A stretch of 64,000 bases of DNA from Candidatus Enterousia sp. (GCA_045530935.1 JAZSDC010000018.1:1724-65723), one strand, 5' to 3'; counted from the first letter of the stretch, positions 28,261 to 37,087 are shown. Notes: a model not told the origin generated them from the sequence alone. Numbers and translations: made by a program.

Positions 28261-29604
28261 ATGAAAAAGATATCTTATTTCTTATTGTGTATGCTACCTT
28301 TTTCTGCATATGCTGCAACCGAAGATTGTATGACACGAACCAGTGTGCCAGGGGATGTTTTAAATTTGCCCCAGGTTATAGAGTTGGGGTTATGTCGTAA
28401 TCCACAAACTGCATCTGCATATTTAGCATACGAATCGGCACGTTTATCAAAAAATGCAGGATATGCTGATTATTTACCATCAGTAAACGCATCTGCATCG
28501 GCGTCACTGCCATACAGGAATGAACAGTGGGGCGATTGGTCATATGGGGCATCGTTATCTGCATCATATTTAATATTTGATTTTGGCAAGCGTTTATCTG
28601 ATTTAAATCAATTATCTGCATCATGGCGTGCGGCGGGATTTGAATATGATGAAACTGTTCAAAACTATATATATGGTGTAATCGGGTCGTATTACGCATT
28701 ATTAAATGCCCAAGCTGATGTTAAAACGGCCGAATCGTTACGTAATGTTGCAAAAACAGCACGTGATACCGCGCAAAAGAAATTCAAGGCTGGCGCAGTT
28801 GCACGCGCGGATGTGCTAAAAGCAGACACGACATTGGCCAGTCGTGATTTAGATTTAGAGCGCGCAAAGAATAATCGTGAAATTGCCAAGGGGACATTAT
28901 TAAGCAAATTGTCTTTCTCTGCAGACCAGGAAATAAAGATTGCTGATTTGCCATCAGAAATTGGTACACCTGGTGAAATAAAATCATTAGACGAATTATT
29001 TGCCCAGGCACAGCAGACACGTCCAGACCTGTTGCGCGCAACGGCTAACAAAGACGCCGCATGGCATCGTCGCAACAGTACTTTTTTAAGTAATTTGCCA
29101 ACGATATCTGCATCTGGTTCTTTGCAATATAATGATACGCCGTCTGAAACATTTAATGCAGGAAATTCAAAATACAGTGGCAGTATTGGTATTCGCGCAT
29201 CAATGCCATTGTTTGCGGGATTCGCAAATATGTACAATCTGCGTAATGCCCAGGCAAACTATGAACGCGCAATTGAAAGTGAGCGCGCGACAACCGATAA
29301 CGCAACATTAGATGTGTTCAGTGCATATCATAATTATAAAACAGCCCAGACTGTTTTAAAACAAACGGAAACATTATTAAAATCTGCAACAGAAAGCGAA
29401 CGTGTCACTGCTGGTATGTACCGTGTTGGTCGTGCAACGATGCTAGATTGGCAAACTGCCCAGTCTGAATTGATGACCGCAGAAAAACAAAATAATGCCG
29501 CACGTTATGATTTGTTTACAAAGCGTGCTGCTGTTGCCTTGTCAGTGGGTGAAATCAAAGCAAAGTTAGAAGAGGGGGCTTTACATGAAGAAAACGATCA
29601 GTAA
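28261..29604 (+). CDS. tolC: TolC-family outer membrane efflux channel
   Basis: Signal peptide (FSAYAAT). Two repeats of the coiled-coil/OEP pattern (A...A.....A....LP.....S). 447 aa. Confidence 0.85.
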   Translation: MKKISYFLLCMLPFSAYAATEDCMTRTSVPGDVLNLPQVIELGLCRNPQTASAYLAYESARLSKNAGYADYLPSVNASASASLPYRNEQWGDWSYGASLSASYLIFDFGKRLSDLNQLSASWRAAGFEYDETVQNYIYGVIGSYYALLNAQADVKTAESLRNVAKTARDTAQKKFKAGAVARADVLKADTTLASRDLDLERAKNNREIAKGTLLSKLSFSADQEIKIADLPSEIGTPGEIKSLDELFAQAQQTRPDLLRATANKDAAWHRRNSTFLSNLPTISASGSLQYNDTPSETFNAGNSKYSGSIGIRASMPLFAGFANMYNLRNAQANYERAIESERATTDNATLDVFSAYHNYKTAQTVLKQTETLLKSATESERVTAGMYRVGRATMLDWQTAQSELMTAEKQNNAARYDLFTKRAAVALSVGEIKAKLEEGALHEENDQ

Positions 29605-30817
29605 AAAAACGGTTGAACAAACTGTTACAACAAATAAAAAACGTCCATCAATAATTGGTCGTTTCTTTCGCTTTGTTTGGCGAAAAAAATGGTGGATTTT
29701 ACTGATAGGGGCTGCTGTTGTTGCGATAAGAATGATTACAACGGATCCTGCAAATAAAAAAGCAGAATATATATCGTTGAATATAACGCGTGGTGACCTG
29801 CGCCAGGTTGTCAGTGCTACGGGTGAAATCCGTCCTGTAAATACCGTAAATGTTGGTTCCCAGGTTTCTGGAACGATTGACAATTTGTACGTTGATTTCA
29901 ATACCAAGGTAAAAAAAGGTGATTTGCTGTTAACGATTGAACCATCTGTTCTCCAGGCTTCTGTTGATGAAGCCAAGGCTTCTTTGGACAGTGCGGTATC
30001 ACAACGAAACTTTGCAAAAAGCGAATATGAACGCAATAAAATGCTGTACGAAGGTGATATGATTTCACGTGCAGAAATGGAACAAACGGAATCTGCATAT
30101 AACCAGGCAGAAGCATCTGTTAAGCGCATGCAGTCCCAGTATGAACGAGCGGTAACAAACCTGGGGTACGCAACGATTGTGTCGCCAGTTGATGGAACTG
30201 TTATCTCTCGCAAGGTTGATGTTGGGCAAACAGTTGCGGCATCCTTTCAAACGCCGGATTTGTTTGAAATTGCCGAAGATTTAACCAAAATGCAAATTGA
30301 AACTGCTGTATCCGAAGCAGACATTGGTGTCATCAAAGAAGGCCAGCCTGTTACATTTACAGTTGATGCGTACCCAACCGAAACATTTAATGGTCTGGTT
30401 CGCCAGGTGCGTTTGGCGCCAACCACAACATCGAACGTGGTTGTATATACTGTTGTGATTGATGTTGATAATTCAGATTTACGTTTAATGCCGGGTATGA
30501 CCGCATTTGTTACAATTATTATTTCCGAGAAAGCCAATGTATGGAAGGCGGCAAATGCTGCATTCTTGGTTCGCAGTTTTGAAAACTTTTTGTCTGCCGA
30601 AGATATAAATGGTGCAACACCGGTATCGCATTTGGCTGTGTTACGCAATGGCGATGTTGTTTTGGTTCCATACAGCAAGGGGTTGTCAACAGCCACGGAA
30701 ACGGAAATCGTATCTGATGAAATAGAAATGGGAGATAAAATTATTGTTGGGCGTATGGGAATGACGACCAGCACACAAAAGACGCAAATGCGTCCAATGG
30801 GCGGCCCCAGAAGATAA
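29585..30817 (+). CDS. efflux periplasmic adaptor, HlyD/MacA family
   Basis: N-terminal TM, a lipoyl-like region (G.I..V.V..G..VKKGDLL), a coiled-coil hairpin, and SPVDGTVISR..VGQTV. Confidence 0.85.
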   Translation: MKKTISKKTVEQTVTTNKKRPSIIGRFFRFVWRKKWWILLIGAAVVAIRMITTDPANKKAEYISLNITRGDLRQVVSATGEIRPVNTVNVGSQVSGTIDNLYVDFNTKVKKGDLLLTIEPSVLQASVDEAKASLDSAVSQRNFAKSEYERNKMLYEGDMISRAEMEQTESAYNQAEASVKRMQSQYERAVTNLGYATIVSPVDGTVISRKVDVGQTVAASFQTPDLFEIAEDLTKMQIETAVSEADIGVIKEGQPVTFTVDAYPTETFNGLVRQVRLAPTTTSNVVVYTVVIDVDNSDLRLMPGMTAFVTIIISEKANVWKAANAAFLVRSFENFLSAEDINGATPVSHLAVLRNGDVVLVPYSKGLSTATETEIVSDEIEMGDKIIVGRMGMTTSTQKTQMRPMGGPRR

Positions 30818-30846
30818 AAGAAAACCCGCATGTTGCGGGTTTTTTA
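30817..30846. terminator. bidirectional terminator
   Basis: AACCCGCA-TGT-TGCGGGTT flanked by A and T runs. Confidence 0.7.
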
Positions 30847-31869
30847 AAACGTAAGGCGCAATCCTGCTGAAAAGAATGGCGTCTGTGATGTTGTGCCACC
30901 CGACATCCACAAATCAACATTTTCGCTGTATTTATATCTAAAAGACGCAACAACTGTATTGTCTTTAAATTCACTTGCATCATGATGCCAAACGCCAGTA
31001 TCTGAAAACATATATGTTAGCGAAATATTATATTTTAACAGGTCGTAACTAACGCCTGCGCCCAGCACAAAACCATCTGATACAACCCCGACAGGGTTTT
31101 TGTCATATATAGCACGCGCAGTTGTTGCCAAAACCCAACTGTTGTATTGCAAATTCATTCCCACAGACAGTTGTGTTCGCCAGTCTGCAGTAACCGCAGG
31201 TGTATAAACTTCTGGGTCAAATCCATCAGGATTATCCATAAAGGATACACCGAATGAATATGCTGTTTTAATCTTGCCAGATGGGCGTCGTATTTTTAAA
31301 CCAAAGTCAGTCGTCCAATCAAAGTCATCAGTCAGTCCTGCGACAGAAAAACCGTATTGCGTCCCTGATTTTGGCGCGGTTGTTATATTCACACGTGGCG
31401 CATTTCGACCTGATGTTAACGTTGTGTCTGGAATAACGGGGCCATCTGGTATAATTTTTTCGTTATACAATGGTCGGTCATTTATACGCAGTCCACCCAC
31501 ATCAGGCAATCCAACCCCTAATTTTCGTGCCACAGAATCGGTGTATCCCAATTCGATACGACCAATATCATGTATTTCCCATAACGCGAATGTTTCACGT
31601 GAAAAATTCCCTTTATCTAATGCGGCGCGATCCATTGCGTAAACCAGGCCAAATTTGTGTGTGTTGTTTATTGCGTGCATTATTTGTCCACGTACGCGCC
31701 AATCGCCAATAAACAATGTTGATTTGAATTCAGGTTCGATGATTCCGCCGGTGGCGTATCCTGTTACTTTTGCGGAAAAGTTTCCTGTTTTATATTCAAT
31801 TGCAGACGCCACGCCTGGCAGACAAATCATAACTGCAATCAGGGCGATATTTTTTTTAAAATAGTACAT
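30844..31869 (-). CDS. outer-membrane beta-barrel, porin-like protein (341 aa)
   Basis: Signal peptide ..LPGVASA. Alternating amphipathic strands. Terminal aromatic residue (..GLRLTF). Confidence 0.65.
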   Translation of the reverse strand: MYYFKKNIALIAVMICLPGVASAIEYKTGNFSAKVTGYATGGIIEPEFKSTLFIGDWRVRGQIMHAINNTHKFGLVYAMDRAALDKGNFSRETFALWEIHDIGRIELGYTDSVARKLGVGLPDVGGLRINDRPLYNEKIIPDGPVIPDTTLTSGRNAPRVNITTAPKSGTQYGFSVAGLTDDFDWTTDFGLKIRRPSGKIKTAYSFGVSFMDNPDGFDPEVYTPAVTADWRTQLSVGMNLQYNSWVLATTARAIYDKNPVGVVSDGFVLGAGVSYDLLKYNISLTYMFSDTGVWHHDASEFKDNTVVASFRYKYSENVDLWMSGGTTSQTPFFSAGLRLTF

Positions 31870-31870
31870 A

Positions 31871-32785
31871 TTACTTTTTTCCTTCGCTTTCTTTCAAGAT
31901 TGCGTCACGCAATTTATTGTATGCGCGTTCTTCAATCTGTCTGACGCGTTCACGTGAAATTCCGTATTTCTGAGACAAAACTTCCAATGTTGCTGCCGGC
32001 TGCTTCAAGCGTCGCGCAGTTAAAATTTCACGATCTCGTTGCGACATTTTTTTCAGATGTTTTTTTAATAATTCATATCCGCGTTTTCTAAATTCGATTT
32101 GTTCCAATGTTTCTTCAATTGTTTCGCGTCCATCTGTCATATTTGACAGAACATCAATTGCCCCATCATCAGAATTAATTGGTGCATTTAATGATACATC
32201 GCGTGCGCCAACACGTGTTGCCATGCGTGCAACGTCTTTTTCTGGCACTTCCAGATAGTCAGCAATTTGTTTTGTTTGTTCTTCGGACAAATTATTATCC
32301 ATAATTCCCAATGCGCGTTTTGCACGTGCCAGGTTAAAAAATACTCGCTTTTGATTTGCAGATGTTCCAATGCGGACAATTGACCAGTTGTTCAGAATTG
32401 TTTCATATATTTCGGCCTTAATCCAGAACATGGCATATGTTGAAAAACGAAAACCTTTGTCTGGGTCAAACTTTTGTACTGCCTGCATCAGTCCCATATT
32501 CCCGCTGGCAATTAATTCTGCAATTGGTATGCCATAGTTTTTATAATCGTATGCCACAGATACAACCAAGCGCAAATGGCTGGCTACTAATTTTTCAGCC
32601 GCGAATTGATTTTTATCACGCGTCCATTGTGTGGCGTATTCGTATTCTTGTTCTGCGGTCAGGACAGGTATTTTTTGTATGTTTTGTATATATTGTGCCA
32701 ACCCAGACTCGTCACTAACCCCGCGGGCTGCGACAATACTGTTTGATTGAATGGTTGGTAAAGTGCTCTTGATTTCCTTGCTCAT
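31871..32785 (-). CDS. rpoH: RNA polymerase sigma-32 heat-shock factor RpoH
   Basis: HLRLVVSVA, FDPDKGFRFSTYAMFWIKAEI, the RpoH-box-like NQKRVFFNLARAKR, and GISRERVRQIE. I prefer the ATG at 32785 (the track start is 32821). Confidence 0.9.
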   Translation of the reverse strand: MSKEIKSTLPTIQSNSIVAARGVSDESGLAQYIQNIQKIPVLTAEQEYEYATQWTRDKNQFAAEKLVASHLRLVVSVAYDYKNYGIPIAELIASGNMGLMQAVQKFDPDKGFRFSTYAMFWIKAEIYETILNNWSIVRIGTSANQKRVFFNLARAKRALGIMDNNLSEEQTKQIADYLEVPEKDVARMATRVGARDVSLNAPINSDDGAIDVLSNMTDGRETIEETLEQIEFRKRGYELLKKHLKKMSQRDREILTARRLKQPAATLEVLSQKYGISRERVRQIEERAYNKLRDAILKESEGKK

Positions 32786-32839
32786 AATTTCTATAGTATA
32801 CCATAAATTAATAATTATCAAGCCACAGGAGTTATTATT

Positions 32840-33490
32840 ATGGCAACAATGTTAGAAAGAAATAAAAAAGTCAAACCACAACAGAAAACACGTCAGGAAT
32901 ATGCCGAAGACGCATTGTATCGTGAAGTATGGGAAGATGTAAATAATGAAAAAACATTACAATTTGTAAAAAAATATTCACGACATATATTTGCTGTGGC
33001 GATTATTGTACTAATTATTGCCACGGGTTTCCAGATTGGGGTGCGTACATATCGTGCAAATAAAATTGCTGCCGCAACAGCTTATGAAGTTGCGCTTGAA
33101 AATGTCGATGCAAATGCATTGGCTGGCGTTGCAGAAAATACATCGGGTGCAACTGCAGATTTAGCGCTGTTCCAGGCTTATTTGATAGATAAAGACGTTA
33201 CAAAGTTGGAACAGCTGGCTGCGGATGGTAACACGCGTGATTTTCGTGATTTGGCAAAATTGCATGTTGTTAGTGTGCGTGGTGATGAAATGTCTGCAGC
33301 GGAAGTTGAAAAATATTTATCTGATTTAAATACCAAGAAATCACCATTTTATTACACGGCTTCATTATTGATTGCGCAAAAATATCTGGCTTCTGGTGAT
33401 ACAGTCAACGCAAATGAATGGTTGGACAAGATTATCAATGATTCAGATGCGCCCGCAGTGATTTCTGGGAACGCCACTGTTTTGCGTTAA
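32840..33490 (+). CDS. YfgM-like membrane-anchored TPR-like protein
   Basis: One TM (IFAVAIIVLIIATGF) and an Ala-rich helical periplasmic part. Lies upstream of the BamB-like gene, matching the conserved yfgM-bamB order. Confidence 0.5.
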   Translation: MATMLERNKKVKPQQKTRQEYAEDALYREVWEDVNNEKTLQFVKKYSRHIFAVAIIVLIIATGFQIGVRTYRANKIAAATAYEVALENVDANALAGVAENTSGATADLALFQAYLIDKDVTKLEQLAADGNTRDFRDLAKLHVVSVRGDEMSAAEVEKYLSDLNTKKSPFYYTASLLIAQKYLASGDTVNANEWLDKIINDSDAPAVISGNATVLR

Positions 33491-33515
33491 ATTATGAAAT
33501 ATACAGGGGGAATCT

Positions 33516-34244
33516 ATGCGTAAGTTATTTTTGGCTGTTTGTTGTATCCTGGGGTTGGTTGCCTGTGACAAGCATGACCCGGTGTTACCTGGTGTTCGGA
33601 CGGCGATATTTGATACATCGCGCATAGATATAAAAAATCAGCAGATTTCAGATGTACCTGAATCTGCGGTTGTAATTGATAACTCGGCATGTTCGTATAC
33701 CCAGGATTCATCAAATGTAATTTGGGATGGCGCGCGTAAGGTGTTTGCAGGTTTTCCGACAAATAATACTGTTGAACACGACATGCGTCCTGTGTGCTCT
33801 GGAAACTATTTATATGCAGGGTTAACAACAGGCGAAGTTATCAAAATAAATCCCAAAAACCGTCAAATTTCCTGGATTGCAGATGTTTATCGTCCCAGTA
33901 ATTTGACAGGTGGCGCATCAATGGTAGATATTATTGTTCCACCATTGCCATATAAAGGTGCAGTTTATGCAGGTAGTTTGGGGGATGCGTTTTGTAAATT
34001 ATCTGCAGCCAACGGGAATAAGATTTGGTGCGTTGGTATTTCTGTGGCGGTTCCTTTTATAATTGCGGGTAATTATTCATTTGTTGTTGCAACAGATAAT
34101 AAATTATACGCAATTAATACAGCAACAGGTTCTGTTTACTGGGCTACAGATGTTTCTGATCAGGTTGCGCCCAAATACAGTGTTGGCATCATAACCGTGG
34201 GACGAGAAAAGATAGATGTTGCGTCCGGAAAAATTATTTTATAA
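33516..34244 (+). CDS. BamB-like PQQ-repeat lipoprotein (short, 242 aa)
   Basis: Lipobox LGLVAC and beta-propeller-like repeats (LYAINTATGSVYWA, GNKIWC). Confidence 0.55.
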   Translation: MRKLFLAVCCILGLVACDKHDPVLPGVRTAIFDTSRIDIKNQQISDVPESAVVIDNSACSYTQDSSNVIWDGARKVFAGFPTNNTVEHDMRPVCSGNYLYAGLTTGEVIKINPKNRQISWIADVYRPSNLTGGASMVDIIVPPLPYKGAVYAGSLGDAFCKLSAANGNKIWCVGISVAVPFIIAGNYSFVVATDNKLYAINTATGSVYWATDVSDQVAPKYSVGIITVGREKIDVASGKIIL

Positions 34245-34251
34245 AAAAAGC

Positions 34252-34280
34252 TGGACAAATATAAAAATATATTATATTAT
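34252..34280 (+). promoter_or_regulatory. sigma70-like promoter for tRNA-Val-TAC
   Basis: TGGACA, 17-nt spacer, TATTAT. Ends 21 nt before the tRNA. Confidence 0.45.
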
Positions 34281-34301
34281 ACGTCCGCTGTTAAGGCAAT
34301 C

Positions 34302-34378
34302 GGGTGTTTAGCTCAGTTGATTAGAGCATCTCGTTTACACCGAGAGGGTCGGGGGTTTGAGTCCCTCAACACCCACCA
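34302..34378 (+). tRNA. tRNA-Val (anticodon TAC), CCA encoded
   Basis: GGGTGTT/AACACCC acceptor, GCTC/GAGC D stem, TCTCG-TTTACAC-CGAGA anticodon arm, GGGGG-TTTGAGT-CCCTC T arm. Confidence 0.9.
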
Positions 34379-34427
34379 CGAATTCTTCCGTCATATTGGC
34401 GGATTTTTTTAGTTATGGTGTTGTGAA

Positions 34428-34658
34428 ATGAATGAAAAAAGAAAACAGGAATTAAAAGAATTATTATTTACATTATTTGCATTTTTATTAAGTCTTGCCT
34501 TTGTCGCGCAATGTAATTCCAAGGCGCGAGAGGTTATGTCTTTAAACCGTAAAGCCGCCGACCAGGGCAAGGTAAAGGTTAGTCCATCTAAAACAGATGT
34601 GCATCAGGATACATTGCGACAAAATTTGCTTAAAACGGCTAATATAAAGATACGATAA
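34428..34658 (+). CDS. small membrane protein (76 aa), hypothetical
   Basis: One TM (LLFTLFAFLLSLAFVA). Followed by a clean terminator. Confidence 0.4.
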   Translation: MNEKRKQELKELLFTLFAFLLSLAFVAQCNSKAREVMSLNRKAADQGKVKVSPSKTDVHQDTLRQNLLKTANIKIR

Positions 34659-34659
34659 A

Positions 34660-34688
34660 AAAATGTCCGTCCAGGGACAGTTTTTTTT
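34660..34688 (+). terminator. rho-independent terminator
   Basis: TGTCC-GTCCAG-GGACA followed by T8. Confidence 0.65.
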
Positions 34689-34748
34689 GTAATTTATAAA
34701 AATATAGTTTAAAATACCACCAGGAGTTTTTTAACCAAAGGGGAAAAT

Positions 34749-35387
34749 ATGAAAAAAATCGTATCTGTATTTGCATTGACAGCGATTGTTGCAGGTTGTA
34801 CAACTGTTAACCCATATACTGGTCAGACACAAACTGCCAAGGCAACATGGGGAACTGCGATTGGCGCAACTGCTGGCGCATTGATTGGTTCAACACAAAG
34901 CAGCAAGGGCGCCTTGATTGGTGCATTGGGTGGCGCAGCTGTTGGTGGCGGGGTTGGGTATTATTTGGATGCCCAGGCCGCAGAACTGCGGGCAGAATTG
35001 GTGTCAACCGGGGTCCAGGTTGTAGAATCACAAGACAGTATTCGTTTAATTATGCCTGGAAACATTACATTCAAAACAGATTCTGCTGACATTAACTCGT
35101 CATTCTATTCTGTATTAAATTCTGTTGCCAAGGTTTTAAATAAGTACAGCAATTCAACTGTTATGGTATCTGGTCATACGGACAGCACAGGCAGTGCGGA
35201 TTATAATCTGAACTTGTCGCGTGAACGTGCGGGGTCTGTTGCATCTTATTTGCAAGGCCAAGGTGTAAAGGCGTCACGTTTTGAAGTTTTGGGATTGGGG
35301 TCATCAAATCCAATTGCGTCGAACGACACCGTCGCAGGGCGCGCCCAGAACCGTCGTGTTGAGATAAAAATTATTCCAAACAAATAA
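34749..35387 (+). CDS. OmpA-family lipoprotein with glycine-zipper N-domain
   Basis: Lipobox IVAGC, glycine zipper GALIGALGGAAVGGGVG, and the OmpA_C segment GHTDSTGSADYNLNLSRERA..NRRVEI. Confidence 0.85.
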   Translation: MKKIVSVFALTAIVAGCTTVNPYTGQTQTAKATWGTAIGATAGALIGSTQSSKGALIGALGGAAVGGGVGYYLDAQAAELRAELVSTGVQVVESQDSIRLIMPGNITFKTDSADINSSFYSVLNSVAKVLNKYSNSTVMVSGHTDSTGSADYNLNLSRERAGSVASYLQGQGVKASRFEVLGLGSSNPIASNDTVAGRAQNRRVEIKIIPNK

Positions 35388-35416
35388 AAATTCCCCCATT
35401 TTGGGGAATTTTTTTT
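35388..35416 (+). terminator. rho-independent terminator
   Basis: AATTCCCC-CATT-TTGGGGAATT followed by T8. Confidence 0.7.
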
Positions 35417-35424
35417 AGACGCGT

Positions 35425-35453
35425 ATTGATTTTTTTATTTTTCTGGTTCATAA
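35425..35453 (+). promoter_or_regulatory. sigma70-like promoter
   Basis: TTGATT, 17-nt spacer, CATAAT. Confidence 0.45.
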
Positions 35454-35459
35454 TTATTA

Positions 35460-35659
35460 CGAACTTTATGTAAATAAGGTTTGGGTTTTCAAGACCCATA
35501 AAGCTGTATGCGCACGATGTGCGTTTTTGTAAAACCTGGCCATACTGGTCGGGTATCTGTGGTTATACAATAACTTATTAGTGAAACCCACAGAGTCATT
35601 CAGCTTTATGACCTTGAAAATGCCCGACCGTCAATTTAATGACGGTTTTTACTTTTTTT
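35460..35659 (+). promoter_or_regulatory. ~200-nt structured leader (candidate riboswitch or attenuator) upstream of the licD-like operon
   Basis: 18-bp interrupted helix: ttttcaag/cttgaaaa plus cataaagctg/cagctttatg (35485-35505 with 35600-35619). Inner hairpins at 35509-35523 and 35555-35593. Antiterminator ggtcggg(35546-52)/cccgacc(35622-28) competes with terminator accgtca-atttaa-tgacggt plus T-run (35626-35659). Confidence 0.45.
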
Positions 35660-35678
35660 TAACAAGGAGAAAAAAGCT

Positions 35679-36665
35679 ATGAAACGTACTTTATTTAGAA
35701 TACTTGCATTCCCAATGCCAACACGCAGACTAAGGAATTTTATACGCAGACTGGGTGGCGATAAAAAAATAAATATTCCTACAGATATAATTGTAAAAAA
35801 CATTTTAAACGGTTATTTTGATTTATCAAAAACACCCCCTGCTTATGGCTTTCTAAAATATATACAAGCAGCAAATTTAAAATTACTAAAAGCCTTCGAT
35901 ACATTTGCAACAAACAACAAAATTCAATACTTTATGATTGGTGGGGCAATAGTCGGAAAAATAAGACATGATGCATGCATACCATGGGATGATGACATTG
36001 ATATTGGAATGGATGGTAACAACTATGAAAAATTTATAGCTGCAATAAGAAAAATTATTCCCAATCAGCATTTCTATATATACTTTTCCAGTAATGTTTG
36101 TAAAATTATACATACAGAAACCAACTCTTTTATAGATATACTTAGGTATGATTTACACCAAACACCACATTGCTACAGTGAAATTGGTGAAAAAATAATT
36201 ATAAAATCACAAAATAAGTTTATTCATAAAGTACAAAATAGACGTTTTCTTAGCTTTGATATTACAAACGATATGTCAAAAGATGAAATATGCGTCAAAT
36301 ATAATGCTGTAAAAAAAGACTTGGATGAAATAAGAAAATTACAGAAAAAATATTTTAAACCATGTGGTGGATGTCAAACGATTGTTCCGTTGCACGCAGA
36401 CTGTAAACCAGGCGAGTTTTATAGCCAGGATACAATATATCCAATAAGGAAACTAGAATTTAATGGTTATACCCTGCCATTCCCGAACGATATGGAACTG
36501 TATGCTGCAAAATGTTGGGGCGATATATGGAATTTTCCTGCAGATATGTTCAGGACACATGCACTAACAAAAAATAAAACGCCGCAAAAATTGTTAAACC
36601 TTAGAAAATTTTTATCTAAATCTGACGATGTTATTTATGCAGATTTTTCTAACAATAAAGGATGA
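35679..36665 (+). CDS. LicD-family phosphotransferase (phosphocholine or polyol-phosphate transfer to surface glycans)
   Basis: MIGGAIVGKIRHDACIPWDDDIDIGM matches the LicD GG..LGA.RH.G.IPWDDD.D signature. Clearly lower GC, and uses AGA/AGG Arg codons. Confidence 0.75.
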   Translation: MKRTLFRILAFPMPTRRLRNFIRRLGGDKKINIPTDIIVKNILNGYFDLSKTPPAYGFLKYIQAANLKLLKAFDTFATNNKIQYFMIGGAIVGKIRHDACIPWDDDIDIGMDGNNYEKFIAAIRKIIPNQHFYIYFSSNVCKIIHTETNSFIDILRYDLHQTPHCYSEIGEKIIIKSQNKFIHKVQNRRFLSFDITNDMSKDEICVKYNAVKKDLDEIRKLQKKYFKPCGGCQTIVPLHADCKPGEFYSQDTIYPIRKLEFNGYTLPFPNDMELYAAKCWGDIWNFPADMFRTHALTKNKTPQKLLNLRKFLSKSDDVIYADFSNNKG

Positions 36666-37087
36666 TTAAAATGAAGATTGGTGTTATTTGTGGTTCTTTC
36701 GATTTGATTCATAATGGACATCTGAATCTAATATCGCGCGCAATAAAACGATGCGATATGTTGATAGTCGGTGTTAATAGCGATGGACACATAATAAAAA
36801 ATAAAAAACACCCACCGGTGTTGTCGCAAAGTATAAGGTTAGAAATTATGAAATCTTTAAAATATGTAACCCAGGCATACATAATTGATTCGGGGATAGA
36901 GCTGGTAAAAAACTTATACGCACTTGGGATAAAAGTTGATGAATATTATCGTGGCGACGATATGTATAACACGCCACAACAAATTGCAGAGAATCAACAA
37001 TTGGAACAACTGGGAATAAAACCAATTTATTTTAAATACACAAAAAATATATCATCTACAAAAATAAGAAACTCGTTACCAAAATAA
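36662..37087 (+). CDS. cytidylyltransferase-family protein (TagD / CTP-transferase-like)
   Basis: GVICGSFDLIHNGHLNLISRA (HxGH nucleotidyltransferase motif), 141 aa, ATGA overlap with the licD-like gene. Confidence 0.75.
   Translation: MIKMKIGVICGSFDLIHNGHLNLISRAIKRCDMLIVGVNSDGHIIKNKKHPPVLSQSIRLEIMKSLKYVTQAYIIDSGIELVKNLYALGIKVDEYYRGDDMYNTPQQIAENQQLEQLGIKPIYFKYTKNISSTKIRNSLPK

Noticed and set aside
35509-35527. Reading the small hairpin plus T4 (gcgcac-gat-gtgcgt-tttt) as the end of a separate ~60-nt sRNA
   Set aside because: The hairpin lies inside the 18-bp outer helix of the longer leader, and its T-run is short. I treat it as an internal element of the leader rather than a separate gene, although premature termination there cannot be excluded.
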